This document shows positions 21,051 through 30,941 of a stretch of DNA of 64,000 bases, one piece after another. The stretch lies in NCBI GenBank assembly GCA_964501185.1, contig CAZCRT010000008.1, forward strand, positions 22,677 to 86,676, read 5' to 3'. The translations under genes and the position numbers were made by a program. The number at the start of each line of letters is the position of its first letter. The first letter of the stretch is position 1. The notes under the pieces are model-generated. The model was not told the DNA's origin and did no database searches. It was given only the letters and a program-made list of their open reading frames with translations. Origin of the DNA: an uncultured Bacteroidia bacterium. GTDB taxonomy: Bacteria; CAIWAD01; BS150m-G50.

Positions 21051-22016
21051 GTGCCGATAACTACCGGTGCTTCCCGGCTGGATAAGAAAACAGTGTTGGC
21101 CAGAGCGCGGGAGCTGGGCGCCGATCTGGTAGGTGTAACAGATACAGCTCCCCTTGAAGAGCAGGACGCACGCTTCAGTAGCTGGCTGGCTGCCGGTAAA
21201 CATGCCGGTATGCAGTGGCTGGAGCAACGTGTTCCACAACGACTGCTGTATGAATCACCTCTTCCCGACGCCCGATCTATAATTGTTATCGCGCTCAGTT
21301 ATCACACGGGACAACCTTCCGGGCAGAACTCCGAGTCACCTGTCTACAATGTATCACGTTATGCCCACGGCCGGGACTACCACAAAGTAATACGGCGTAT
21401 ACTCAGGGGGCTCTCCCGATTTATCAGTGAACAGACCGGTTGCCAGAGTCGCGGCTTTGTTGATTCGGGACCGGTAATGGAAAAAGCCCTCGCACAGAGA
21501 GCCGGTCTTGGCTGGATCGGGAAAAACACGCTCCTCCTGAATCGCACTTATGGCTCCTGGCTGGTGCTGGGCGAGCTGTTTACCGAACTGGAACTGACGC
21601 CTGATCATCCCCATTCCGATTATTGCGGTGAATGTACGATATGCCTGGAGGCCTGTCCTACAGAAGCGCTGACTGACTTCGGACTGGATTGTAAGAGCTG
21701 TATTTCCTATGCTACTATCGAGCGTCCTGACAAGGAATCCTGCCAGCTGGAGCCAGCAGGGAACATCTTTGGCTGTGATATCTGCCAGGATGCCTGTCCC
21801 TGGAATGAGCAGGCAGCAACAACGGCCCTGGTGGATTTCGAAATGCGCGATGTAGTCAAACAGTTAAGACTCGGTAATCTGCCCCCTGATGCTGAAGCGT
21901 GGGAGCTGGCAAATCGCGGTTCATCTCTGCGGCGCATAAGTTATCAGAGGCTTCTGGAAAATGCTTCAGGTGTAGATCGGGAAAGGGTTGAACGATCAGG
22001 AGGAACGAGCAGGTGA
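21051..22016 (+). CDS. queG: Epoxyqueuosine reductase
   Basis: Two CxxCxxCxxxCP ferredoxin motifs plus the QueG-type N-terminal domain. GTG start is uncertain. Confidence 0.8.
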   Translation: MPITTGASRLDKKTVLARARELGADLVGVTDTAPLEEQDARFSSWLAAGKHAGMQWLEQRVPQRLLYESPLPDARSIIVIALSYHTGQPSGQNSESPVYNVSRYAHGRDYHKVIRRILRGLSRFISEQTGCQSRGFVDSGPVMEKALAQRAGLGWIGKNTLLLNRTYGSWLVLGELFTELELTPDHPHSDYCGECTICLEACPTEALTDFGLDCKSCISYATIERPDKESCQLEPAGNIFGCDICQDACPWNEQAATTALVDFEMRDVVKQLRLGNLPPDAEAWELANRGSSLRRISYQRLLENASGVDRERVERSGGTSR

Positions 22017-22906
22017 AAATGCTCCTGAAATTTCTGGATTATCTCTTTTTCTGCCGTCCAATACTGATTCTGGCTGCATGGACTGTTATTCTGCTGGGTG
22101 CATCACGCCAGGGGTTTCAGCAACAGGCCTGGTTGCTGGCAGGCTATGGTTGCCTGCTCGGTACGGCTTTCATTATCAATCAATTGCGTGACCGCGAGAG
22201 TGACCGGATCAACAACAAATTGCCCCACCTCGCTCACGGAGTTGTCAGCGAACATGAGGCTCGCACCTTGACCTGGCTGTTGCTGATCGGAGGCGTCCTG
22301 TTTATTCTGCGTGCCGGTTGGGAACACATCCTGAGCATGACGCTCCTCCTCGCCATTACAACCTGGGCCTATAATCTGCCACCACTTCGACTGAAGAAAC
22401 GTTTTCTCTCAGGACCGGTCACATTGGGCCTGTCTGCCTGTCTGGTATTTCTGCAGAGTACAGGATTCAGCCGGGTTGCGTGGGAGGAGCTGGTTGCAGT
22501 ATTCCTGTCAGTAACTTCAATATGCCTTCTGACAGAATTACCTGATCGGGAAGGAGACCGGCAAACGGGACGTCGTACGGTAGCCGTTGTTTCCGGTGAG
22601 ACAGTTACGCTGCGAATAACAACGCTGCTGATGGCTGCAGCGACTCTCTCTGCCATTGCAGGAGAGTTTTATCTACTGGCATTTCCGGCCTTTGCGTCCA
22701 CATTAATACAATTACGTCTACTGGTCAAACGTCGACGTGATACAAAAGCGATCAATTTTGCCATCAGGCTATCGCTTTTACTGTTGGGAGTGGCAGTAGC
22801 TGTTGCTTTTCTCTGGTTCGGCTTGTTAATTCTAGCCTGTTATCTGGTAGCGCGTAAGTACTACTGGTACCGCTTCCGCAGGCGCTATCCTTCATTCACC
22901 GAATAA
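22013..22906 (+). CDS. UbiA-family prenyltransferase (membrane)
   Basis: Asp-rich motifs NQLRDRESD and DREGD; 8-9 TM helices. Confidence 0.75.
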   Translation: MKMLLKFLDYLFFCRPILILAAWTVILLGASRQGFQQQAWLLAGYGCLLGTAFIINQLRDRESDRINNKLPHLAHGVVSEHEARTLTWLLLIGGVLFILRAGWEHILSMTLLLAITTWAYNLPPLRLKKRFLSGPVTLGLSACLVFLQSTGFSRVAWEELVAVFLSVTSICLLTELPDREGDRQTGRRTVAVVSGETVTLRITTLLMAAATLSAIAGEFYLLAFPAFASTLIQLRLLVKRRRDTKAINFAIRLSLLLLGVAVAVAFLWFGLLILACYLVARKYYWYRFRRRYPSFTE

Positions 22907-22946
22907 CCGGTCAGGGAAGCTCGCACACACGCAAACTGGAAATTAT

Positions 22947-23123
22947 ATGGTCAGGATCGATCCCACCATCTGCGACTACTGTGGTACCTGTGTAGGTGCC
23001 TGTCCGGAGAACTGTATCGAGATGGGTACACATTTTATCGCCATCGATTACAGCATCTGCACCGAGTGTGGTATCTGTGTCCATGTCTGTCCGCTGGAGG
23101 CGGTCAGCGAGGAGGAGGAATGA
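22947..23123 (+). CDS. 2[4Fe-4S] ferredoxin (58 aa), absent from the ORF track
   Basis: Manual translation gives MVRIDPTICDYCGTCVGACPENCIEMGTHFIAIDYSICTECGICVHVCPLEAVSEEEE. Two CxxCxxCxxxCP motifs. Stop TGA overlaps the next gene's ATG (ATGA). Confidence 0.7.
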   Translation: MVRIDPTICDYCGTCVGACPENCIEMGTHFIAIDYSICTECGICVHVCPLEAVSEEEE

Positions 23124-24313
23124 CCGGACAGCAGTGGGATGTGATCATTGGCGGTGCAGGTCCCGGTGGTAGTGCGGCAGCGGAGTACTGCGCCAGGGCA
23201 GGCCTGCGGACTCTGTTGCTGGAGAAGGATCGTGATATTGGAATTCCTGTCCGTTGTGGTGAGGGCGTGCCACACGATGGCCTGGTAGAATTCTGCGAGC
23301 CTGACCCCCGCTGGATTGCAACCGAAATCGACAGTGTGCGAATCTACTCTCCTGATGCAACCAGTTTTAACCTGTCGATGCCCGGAGCCGGATATATTCT
23401 CGACCGACGTACTTTTGATTATTACCTGGCCACACGCGCAGCCAGTGAAGGTGCCCGGGTGGAAACCGGTGTTACCATCAGCGGTGTTATCAGCGAGCAG
23501 GGTTGTGTTACCGGAGTGGAACTCGAGCAGGGTCGTAAACGCTATAAGTTAAACTGTCGCCTGCTGATTGCTGCTGATGGTGTAGAGTCCCGGATTGCCC
23601 GTTGGGCGGGATTACGTACCTTTACAACTCTCAAGGATCTGGACAGTTGTCAGCAGGTAACATTGCAGGGAAAGAATATTGATTCCGGCCGGGTGGATTT
23701 CTACTTCGGCAATAAAACCGCTCCTGGTGGTTACGCCTGGGTATTTCCTAAAGGTGATAACATGGCCAACGTCGGGCTGGGTATCTCCGGGAAGGCTTCA
23801 ATTCATCGTAAGGCTCATCTCTATCTGGAGGATTTCCTGCAGGCGCATTTCCCGGATGCCTCTATTCTGAGCACAACCTGCGGTGGCATTCCGCTGGATG
23901 GCTCATTGAAAGCACCCTACGGTAATGGCATAATGATTGTGGGTGATGCCGCCCATCAGCCAAACCCTGTCACCGGAGCCGGGATTATCAACGCCATGAT
24001 TGCCGGGAAGCTGGCTGCTGAAACTGCTGCAACCGCTCTGGCAGAGGATGATGTCAGCGCTGGCGTACTGTCGGCTTATGGCAAAGCCTGGCAGAAACGG
24101 GTCGGTTGGGAGCACAAACTGTACTATCGGGTACGGGGGTTGATGGAAGATCTTAACGATGAAACATATAACAGCGTAGCGGCCACTCTTCATGACCTTC
24201 CGGAGTCAAAACGGAATCTGCGCAAAGTGTTGATGACTGTGTTCCGCAACCAGCCAGGATTCGTGCTGGATCTGGTGATGGGATTGTTTGGTAGTAGATC
24301 TGGTAAGGAGTAG
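23120..24313 (+). CDS. Geranylgeranyl reductase family FAD-dependent oxidoreductase
   Basis: GxGxxG motif (DVIIGGAGPGGSAAA) and GGR-family length and topology. Start at MTGQQWD is coupled to the ferredoxin stop. Confidence 0.85.
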   Translation: MTGQQWDVIIGGAGPGGSAAAEYCARAGLRTLLLEKDRDIGIPVRCGEGVPHDGLVEFCEPDPRWIATEIDSVRIYSPDATSFNLSMPGAGYILDRRTFDYYLATRAASEGARVETGVTISGVISEQGCVTGVELEQGRKRYKLNCRLLIAADGVESRIARWAGLRTFTTLKDLDSCQQVTLQGKNIDSGRVDFYFGNKTAPGGYAWVFPKGDNMANVGLGISGKASIHRKAHLYLEDFLQAHFPDASILSTTCGGIPLDGSLKAPYGNGIMIVGDAAHQPNPVTGAGIINAMIAGKLAAETAATALAEDDVSAGVLSAYGKAWQKRVGWEHKLYYRVRGLMEDLNDETYNSVAATLHDLPESKRNLRKVLMTVFRNQPGFVLDLVMGLFGSRSGKE

Positions 24314-24315
24314 GG

Positions 24316-25731
24316 ATGGCATTGAAGTTTTATAACAGTATGTCTCGCAGAAAAGAGCAGTTTGTTCCTTTGCAGGAGGGGAAGGTCGGGCTCTATACCT
24401 GCGGCCCCACTGTCTATAATTACGCTCATATCGGTAATTTCCGCACATACATGTTCGAGGATCTCCTGCGGCGTTACCTTCAATTCAGTGGCTACTCTGT
24501 GACACAGGTGATGAACCTGACCGATGTTGATGATAAGACTATCCGCACTTCGCAGGAAAAAGGACTGCCCTTGCAGGAGTTTACCAGACCCTTCAAAGAG
24601 GCGTTCTTTAATGACCTCAAAACCCTCAATATAGAATCAGCCGAATACTATCCTGCCGCTACCGATCATGTACCGGAGATGGTAGAACTGGTAAAGCTGC
24701 TGCAGGAAAATGGACACACTTACGAAAGTGAAGGTTCCATATACTTCAGCATTGATAGCTTCCCTGATTACGGGAAACTGGCCAATCTCGATCCGGAAGG
24801 GATGCGTGCCAGTGAACGGGTCGATAACGATGAATACGAGAAGGATGACGCCCGCGATTTCGCGCTCTGGAAAGCCTGGACGGAAGAGGATGGTGAAGTG
24901 TTCTGGGATACAGAGCTGGGCAGAGGCCGCCCCGGATGGCATATCGAATGCAGTGCCATGTCCACCCGTTATCTGGGGACCAGCTTCGACCTGCACACCG
25001 GTGGTGTTGACAACCGCTTCCCGCACCATGAAAACGAGATTGCCCAGAGCGTTTGTGGTTACAGGGAGAAGTTTGTCAACTACTGGATGCACAGCGAGTT
25101 CCTGCTGGTTGAGGGACGCAAGATGAGCAAATCGCTGGATAATTTCTACACCATTACGGAACTGCTGGAGAAGGGACTGGACCCGATTGCAATACGTTAT
25201 GCGCTGCTCAGTGTTCACTATCGCATGAAACTGAGTTTTTCCATTGCCGGGGTGAGAGCGGCAGGGCAGAGCGTACAGCGGTTACAGAATTTCTACAAGT
25301 CTCTCTGCAGGGTTACGGAAGCCTCCGGTGCAGACAATACCGATACCGACAGTCGTGTCAGTAAGCTTGTTGAACAGGCTGACACGGCTTTCAGGGAAGC
25401 AATGGATGACGATCTCAACATAGCGTCCGCACTCGGGGGTATCTTCTCGTTACTGCCTGAGATAAACCGCCTGCAGGATGAAAACATGCTGAGCAGTGAA
25501 GGTGCATCAACAGTACGCAACTTCCTGGACAGTATCGACACTGTACTCGGTGTTATCGTTCAGGAAGAGGAGTGCAACAGTGAGATCGAGCAACTGATGG
25601 CAGATCGTCAGGCTGCCCGGGAAAGCAAAGACTGGTCGGAAGCGGACCGTATTCGTGACCGGATCAAGCAGCTTGGATATGTCATCGAAGACTCGCCGGA
25701 TGGGCCGCGCTATCACCGCTGCAAAAGCTGA
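24316..25731 (+). CDS. cysS: Cysteine--tRNA ligase
   Basis: HIGN (HIGH-type) and KMSKS motifs. Confidence 0.95.
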   Translation: MALKFYNSMSRRKEQFVPLQEGKVGLYTCGPTVYNYAHIGNFRTYMFEDLLRRYLQFSGYSVTQVMNLTDVDDKTIRTSQEKGLPLQEFTRPFKEAFFNDLKTLNIESAEYYPAATDHVPEMVELVKLLQENGHTYESEGSIYFSIDSFPDYGKLANLDPEGMRASERVDNDEYEKDDARDFALWKAWTEEDGEVFWDTELGRGRPGWHIECSAMSTRYLGTSFDLHTGGVDNRFPHHENEIAQSVCGYREKFVNYWMHSEFLLVEGRKMSKSLDNFYTITELLEKGLDPIAIRYALLSVHYRMKLSFSIAGVRAAGQSVQRLQNFYKSLCRVTEASGADNTDTDSRVSKLVEQADTAFREAMDDDLNIASALGGIFSLLPEINRLQDENMLSSEGASTVRNFLDSIDTVLGVIVQEEECNSEIEQLMADRQAARESKDWSEADRIRDRIKQLGYVIEDSPDGPRYHRCKS

Positions 25732-25736
25732 TCATT

Positions 25737-26321
25737 ATGGATATAATCTCAATAGCTGTCACACTCATACTGATCATGGACCCCTTCGGGAATATACCTG
25801 TATTCCTGTCCATTCTGGATGAGGTTCCGGGTCACAGGCGCCGCCGGATCCTGGTACGGGAGCTGATCCTGGCACTGGCAGTAATAATGGTCTTCATTTT
25901 CTGCGGCCGTTACATGATGGGATTTCTGGGCCTGAAGCAGGAAGCGGTCAGTATTGCCGGTGGTATCATCCTCTTTCTGATTGCCATTCGAATGGTGTTT
26001 CCCAGAACCAGAGTGCAGGTACCCACAGAGTGTGAGGGAGAACCGTTGCTGGTTCCGCTGGCAATACCCCTGATTGCCGGCCCGTCACTGCTGGCGGTGC
26101 TGATTCTCTTTTCCACCTCCACACAGGTGCAACTCACCGGTCTGCTGCTGGCATCACTACTGGCCTGGGGCGTGGCTTTCATTGTGCTCTTCAGCGCAAC
26201 CTTCCTGATCCGCTTCCTCACCAGACGGGGCCTGATAGCGGTGGAGCGGTTGATGGGTATGATACTGGTCGCAATCGCGGTACAGCTGTTTCTGGATGGT
26301 GTAGCCAGCTATCTGGGGTAG
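25737..26321 (+). CDS. marC: MarC family (UPF0056) integral membrane protein
   Basis: MDIISIAVTLILIMDPFGNIPVFLSIL N-terminus and 6 TM helices. Confidence 0.8.
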   Translation: MDIISIAVTLILIMDPFGNIPVFLSILDEVPGHRRRRILVRELILALAVIMVFIFCGRYMMGFLGLKQEAVSIAGGIILFLIAIRMVFPRTRVQVPTECEGEPLLVPLAIPLIAGPSLLAVLILFSTSTQVQLTGLLLASLLAWGVAFIVLFSATFLIRFLTRRGLIAVERLMGMILVAIAVQLFLDGVASYLG

Positions 26322-26356
26322 AGGGAGCGTGGAAACTGACCTCAGGTTATCACACA

Positions 26357-27151
26357 ATGGAGTACCCCATGCAACTTCTGGACCTGACACCGGAAACTGA
26401 AGCAACCTTCCTCCATTGTCTTCACGATGAAAAGCCGGATGATCCGCGGGTAATCGACTTACGTCGCAGGTGGGTCGAAGAGAAGCGTGATCGGGGCTTT
26501 CGTGGTAAGGTACTGCGTCTGGAAAGTGGTGAAATTGCTGCCCTGGGACAATACCTGCCGATCGAAGAGAGTTTTATCGATGGAGATAATCTGACGGTAA
26601 TCCTCTGCCTCTGGGTGCATGGCTATGATCACCACATTGGCAACCGGCAGGAAAATGGCTATGGCCGGTTCATGCTGGAACAGATAGAAACTGAGATTCG
26701 TGACAGTGGAGCAGAGGGGATCGTTGCCTGGGGGATGGATTTTCCTTACTGGAATCCGGTCTCTTTCTACGAGCATATGGGATATGAACGGGTCGACAGG
26801 GATGGGCCAGCTGTACTGGTCTGGAAACCGTTTGTTCCGGAAGCACAACCTCCCCGCTGGTTTCATCTTCAGAAGCGTCCGCAAACCGATCCACAGAGGG
26901 TGACGGTTCATTCTTTTTACAATGGCTGGTGTACGGGCAGTTGTGGCCAGTGTGTTACGGTTCGCGACGCCGTAGCTGGAATCGATGAGAAAATCCGTTT
27001 CCGGGAGGTGGACAGCAATCAGCGGGAACAGCTTGTTGAGTGGGGTATTTCCACCGGTACTTATCTGGATGGGGAGCCGTTCCGCCCCGACGAACCCCCC
27101 TTCAGCAGTGAAGATCTGCGACAGGAAATCCTGTCACGCATTGAAGAGTAA
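26357..27151 (+). CDS. Hypothetical GNAT-like domain fused to a glutaredoxin/NrdH-like CxxC domain
   Basis: The N-terminal acyl-CoA N-acyltransferase-like segment (QENGYGRFMLEQIE) is a weak match. The C-terminal ~80 aa has a CGQC motif in a Grx-like beta-alpha-beta context. Confidence 0.4.
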   Translation: MEYPMQLLDLTPETEATFLHCLHDEKPDDPRVIDLRRRWVEEKRDRGFRGKVLRLESGEIAALGQYLPIEESFIDGDNLTVILCLWVHGYDHHIGNRQENGYGRFMLEQIETEIRDSGAEGIVAWGMDFPYWNPVSFYEHMGYERVDRDGPAVLVWKPFVPEAQPPRWFHLQKRPQTDPQRVTVHSFYNGWCTGSCGQCVTVRDAVAGIDEKIRFREVDSNQREQLVEWGISTGTYLDGEPFRPDEPPFSSEDLRQEILSRIEE

Positions 27152-27169
27152 CTGCTGTATCACATGGCA

Positions 27170-27212
27170 ATCCATAAAAAAGGGCACCCCTGTTGATGGA
27201 GTGCCCTGAATA
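27170..27212 (-). terminator. Rho-independent terminator for rpmB (hairpin is bidirectional)
   Basis: GGGCAC-ccctgttgatgga-GTGCCC hairpin with a T-run on the minus strand. Confidence 0.55.
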
Positions 27213-27239
27213 AGCCTATCAAATATACGGAAACCGGGA

Positions 27240-27428
27240 TCAGACCTGGATTGTTTTACCAGCCTGGATGCAGGAAGCGCAGACCTTCATCTTGACCCTG
27301 ACGCCATCCTTTTTAACCCGTACAGTCTGAATATTGGGGTACTGGACCCGCTTGGTAATATTATGGGCGTGACTGATGGAATTACCAAACATCGGACCCT
27401 TACCACATATTTCGCATACTCGTGACAT
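27240..27428 (-). CDS. rpmB: 50S ribosomal protein L28
   Basis: [27 protein letters not shown] is an L28 signature. The start is trimmed to the conserved Met. Confidence 0.9.
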   Translation of the reverse strand: MSRVCEICGKGPMFGNSISHAHNITKRVQYPNIQTVRVKKDGVRVKMKVCASCIQAGKTIQV

Positions 27429-27810
27429 GATATTCTCCTCTATTCCAGCTGCAGCATACAAAACTACACTGCTCTTCACTACTTACAGACCCTCATATTA
27501 TATGCACAGTATGCAAAAGGCAAGGGAAAAACTCAGGTCGGAAAATTGACCGGTTCGAAGCATTTTTCCTGCTATGCATCACCTCCTGTAGATGGATACT
27601 TTCCCGGTTATTAACACCGCTCCTTTTTAAAGGTTGAATTTGCAGCAGCAGTTCTCTAAAGTTAACGATCCTGAGTCCGATAGTGTGATCTGGCAGCAGC
27701 GCTTGTTGGTGCGAAATGTAACACAATCGGATATAAGGATTGCAGAGAAGCGCTATTACTGCGGCTCCGCAGATGTAACCATCATAATGTCCATGAAACT
27801 GGGAGAGTAA

Positions 27811-30465
27811 ATGGCTGGCAAAACTGACCAGGAAAAAGCGAAATATTGGATTCAGGAAACACACAAAATTCATAAAAACCCCAACCCCGATCTGAAAAAA
27901 GTAATCGCGGGTTATCGCAAGGGGCTTTCCTATTATCAGGCTGATGCTGAAGGGCACTATTTTCTCGGTGTAGCTTATCTCGGTACAGGTCAATTTGCCC
28001 AGGCTCTGGAAGAGTTCGATCTGGCGCTGGGTTATCGTCCTGAGTTTCCAGATGTATTTTTCCATAAGGGGCAGGCGTTGATCAATCTGCGCCGTCTGGA
28101 AGAGGCTGCTGAAAGCTTTAAAAAGGCGCTGAAGTTCAATCCCCAGGCAACGCCGGTAATCTACAGTCTGGGTTTCGCTTATCAGTCGATGGGCAAACAG
28201 GAAGAGGCGGAGAAGTACTTTACCGAGGCTTACGGCAAGAATCCGGTCGATAAACCAGGTGTCATGCAGTATCTGATGTTTCTCAACCAGACGCAGCAGA
28301 GTGAAAAGGCACTTGAGGTTGTAGAGGCCTTCCTTGAGAAGGTTCCGGGAGATCGGGATGTGCGCAATTTCAGAGCACTGGTATTGATCAACCTCAAGCG
28401 AGGTGAAGAAGCACGTGAGTTACTGCTGGCGCTCTCAGAGGAGTTTCCTGCTGACGGTGGAACAAAATTCAACCTGGCGCAGGCCTACGAACTGCTGCAG
28501 GATTATGACAACGCGGAACCGTTTTACCGGGAGGCGTTGAAAATCAATCCCAACTATGCACCGGTATACAACAAGCTGGGTGGTTTGTTATCTCGGCGGC
28601 AGGATTTTGATGAAGCGCTGAAGATCCTGGAACAGGGTCTGGAGATGGCGCCCCAGGATCCCAACCTGCGCTACAGTCGCGCTCTTGTACTGGCTGATAT
28701 GAAACGCACAGAAGAGGCGGAAGAGCTGCTGACAGAACTGCTGAAGGAGTATCCTGATTTTGCTCCTGCTCGAGCGGCGCTGGAAAGACTGAATCAGTCT
28801 ACCGGCAAGGTCGCCCGTGGTGTAGAAGAGATCGAAAAAGATCTGAAGGACAAACCGGATGATCCAACACTGGAAGCAGAGCTTGCTCACACGCATCTGT
28901 TATCCCGCAGCTTTGAGAAAGCAATTGAATTACTCGAAAAACACCGTGGCAGTTTTGCCGGTAACGCTGCATTTATGGCTGATCTGGGTTATGCCTACGC
29001 GGGCAACGCCCAGCAATCACCTGAACTGATGGAAAAAGCTGAAGAGGCTCTGGAAAGCAGTCTGCAGCTCAAGCCTGACCAGCCGGCAGTCCTGCTGCAA
29101 CTGGCACGCATCGCTCTGAATCAATCCCGGCCACAGGCTGCCTTCGAATATTCAGAGAAGTGTGAAGCCAATGGTGGTGAATCCACACAGAGTGCTAACG
29201 TGAAAGGGTATGCCCTGCTGCAGAAAGGATTTGCAGAGGAAGCGTTAAATCATTTTCAGCGTTCACTGGAGCTGCAACCGGAAAACAACCTGGAAGCGAT
29301 CAGTAATCTGGCACAGCTTTCCGATTTTTCAGGACAGCTGGAGCAGGCCAATGGCTACTATCAACAGTGGAAGGAACTCGTTCCGAAGGATGTAACACCG
29401 CTTATGAAGCAGGCGATGATGGCAATACGCAGTGGTGCACCTGAAGATGGAATTGACATTTTCGACAGGGTTCTGGAACTGAAACCGGATGAGGCCAGCG
29501 CACTGTTCATGCAGAGTATGGCACTCAAGGATCAGGGCCGGATAGAGGATGCTATTGAGAAGCTACAGAAAGCGGTAGAGGTCAAACCGGATTACAGCGA
29601 AGCTGCCTACTATCTTAAACAGCTGGAGCAGAATCGTCCACTCGGGCTTTCATCACTGACTGAGCTTGAGGAGAGCGTTGCCGAAGACCCGGAGAATTAC
29701 GATGACCGCTATCTGCTGGGATACATCTACATGCATATGCGTCGCTTCAGTGACGCAGCTGAGCAGCTGCAGGCTGTTGTTGAGAATGACAATGAAAACT
29801 ACCGGGCCAATTTTGAACTGGCTGACGCTCTCTTTCACAGTGGGGAGAAAGATCGTGCAATCGATATTCTGATTGCTCTGGAGGAGAAAATCCCTCGCGA
29901 TCCAGGTCTACGTTTCCGACTGGCAGATATGCTGGAGAGTAATGAGGAATACGACCTGGCTCTGAAGGAGTTCCGGAACGCTGCCGAGATGATGCCACAG
30001 AATGTCAGTTTCCAGTATCGTCTTGCTCTGGCTCTCATCAATGCTGATAAAGAGGATAAGGGAGAAGAGAAGCTACGCAAGGTGCTTGAAGAACAGGAAC
30101 AGTTTGCACCTGCCTGGATAGAGCTTGGCAAGCTGGAGATGACCAGTGATCGTGAGAAGAGCGCTCTGGAGAGCTTTGACAAAGCGCTGCGCTACAACCG
30201 CAATCTGGTTGATGCGATTTACTTTAAAGGGTTGATCTACCGCAATCAGCTGAAGGAAGAGTTTGAAGCATTGCGGCATTTTCGGGCAGTACTCGGCTTT
30301 CGCTGGGAATCTCCTGACGCTCATTTCCAACTGGGCGAGATGCTGCGTGAATCTGAACCGGCTACTGCACGGCAGCACTTTGCTATGGCATTACGTTTCT
30401 GGGATGAGGATAACTTCAATTACCAGCGCGCTGACAGCTACCTGAAGGAATTGAAAGACGACTAA
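27811..30465 (+). CDS. Tetratricopeptide-repeat protein (884 aa)
   Basis: More than 15 consecutive TPR units (recurrent A..F..AL patterns). Confidence 0.8.
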   Translation: MAGKTDQEKAKYWIQETHKIHKNPNPDLKKVIAGYRKGLSYYQADAEGHYFLGVAYLGTGQFAQALEEFDLALGYRPEFPDVFFHKGQALINLRRLEEAAESFKKALKFNPQATPVIYSLGFAYQSMGKQEEAEKYFTEAYGKNPVDKPGVMQYLMFLNQTQQSEKALEVVEAFLEKVPGDRDVRNFRALVLINLKRGEEARELLLALSEEFPADGGTKFNLAQAYELLQDYDNAEPFYREALKINPNYAPVYNKLGGLLSRRQDFDEALKILEQGLEMAPQDPNLRYSRALVLADMKRTEEAEELLTELLKEYPDFAPARAALERLNQSTGKVARGVEEIEKDLKDKPDDPTLEAELAHTHLLSRSFEKAIELLEKHRGSFAGNAAFMADLGYAYAGNAQQSPELMEKAEEALESSLQLKPDQPAVLLQLARIALNQSRPQAAFEYSEKCEANGGESTQSANVKGYALLQKGFAEEALNHFQRSLELQPENNLEAISNLAQLSDFSGQLEQANGYYQQWKELVPKDVTPLMKQAMMAIRSGAPEDGIDIFDRVLELKPDEASALFMQSMALKDQGRIEDAIEKLQKAVEVKPDYSEAAYYLKQLEQNRPLGLSSLTELEESVAEDPENYDDRYLLGYIYMHMRRFSDAAEQLQAVVENDNENYRANFELADALFHSGEKDRAIDILIALEEKIPRDPGLRFRLADMLESNEEYDLALKEFRNAAEMMPQNVSFQYRLALALINADKEDKGEEKLRKVLEEQEQFAPAWIELGKLEMTSDREKSALESFDKALRYNRNLVDAIYFKGLIYRNQLKEEFEALRHFRAVLGFRWESPDAHFQLGEMLRESEPATARQHFAMALRFWDEDNFNYQRADSYLKELKDD

Positions 30466-30609
30466 ATATGTATCACAGTGAAACCTCCTGTATCCAGTAG
30501 TGTTATCACACGCACAAATGCCGGAGTCAGCAGTTACAGTTTCAGTTGTGATGTTAAGAAACAGGAAATGTTGAAAACAGAATAGAATGTAATTGGAAAG
30601 GAGCCAGAA

Positions 30610-30933
30610 ATGGCAGAACTGCAGAATGTAAGCGAAGCCGATTTTGAGGAGCATGTACTTAAAAAGGAAAACCTGGTAGTTGTGGACTTCGGCGCAACCT
30701 GGTGTGCCCCCTGTAAGAAACTGCACCCGTTGCTGGAAGAGTTGCTGGAAGAATACAGTGGTGAAGTTGATGGCGCCTATGTTGATGTTGGCGCTAATCC
30801 CAATCTGGCCCGGCAATATGGAGTAATTTCAGTTCCGCAGACTCATTTCTTCAAAGGTGGGGAACATGTCGACCAGGTGATAGGTCTAAGTAAAAAGGAT
30901 AAATACAAAGATCTGATAGAAGCGCATAAGTAG
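30610..30933 (+). CDS. trxA: Thioredoxin
   Basis: WCAPC active site; 107 aa. Confidence 0.9.
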   Translation: MAELQNVSEADFEEHVLKKENLVVVDFGATWCAPCKKLHPLLEELLEEYSGEVDGAYVDVGANPNLARQYGVISVPQTHFFKGGEHVDQVIGLSKKDKYKDLIEAHK

Positions 30934-30941
30934 GAGTCGAA

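Noticed and set aside
27429-27810. 380-nt divergent intergenic region between rpmB and the TPR gene, considered as a possible ncRNA or leader
   Set aside because: No recognisable structured-RNA features were seen. It is probably two divergent promoters.
27493-28065. 190-aa minus-strand ORF
   Set aside because: It overlaps the 5' 250 nt of the large TPR gene on the opposite strand, has low-complexity composition and no motifs. Most likely spurious.
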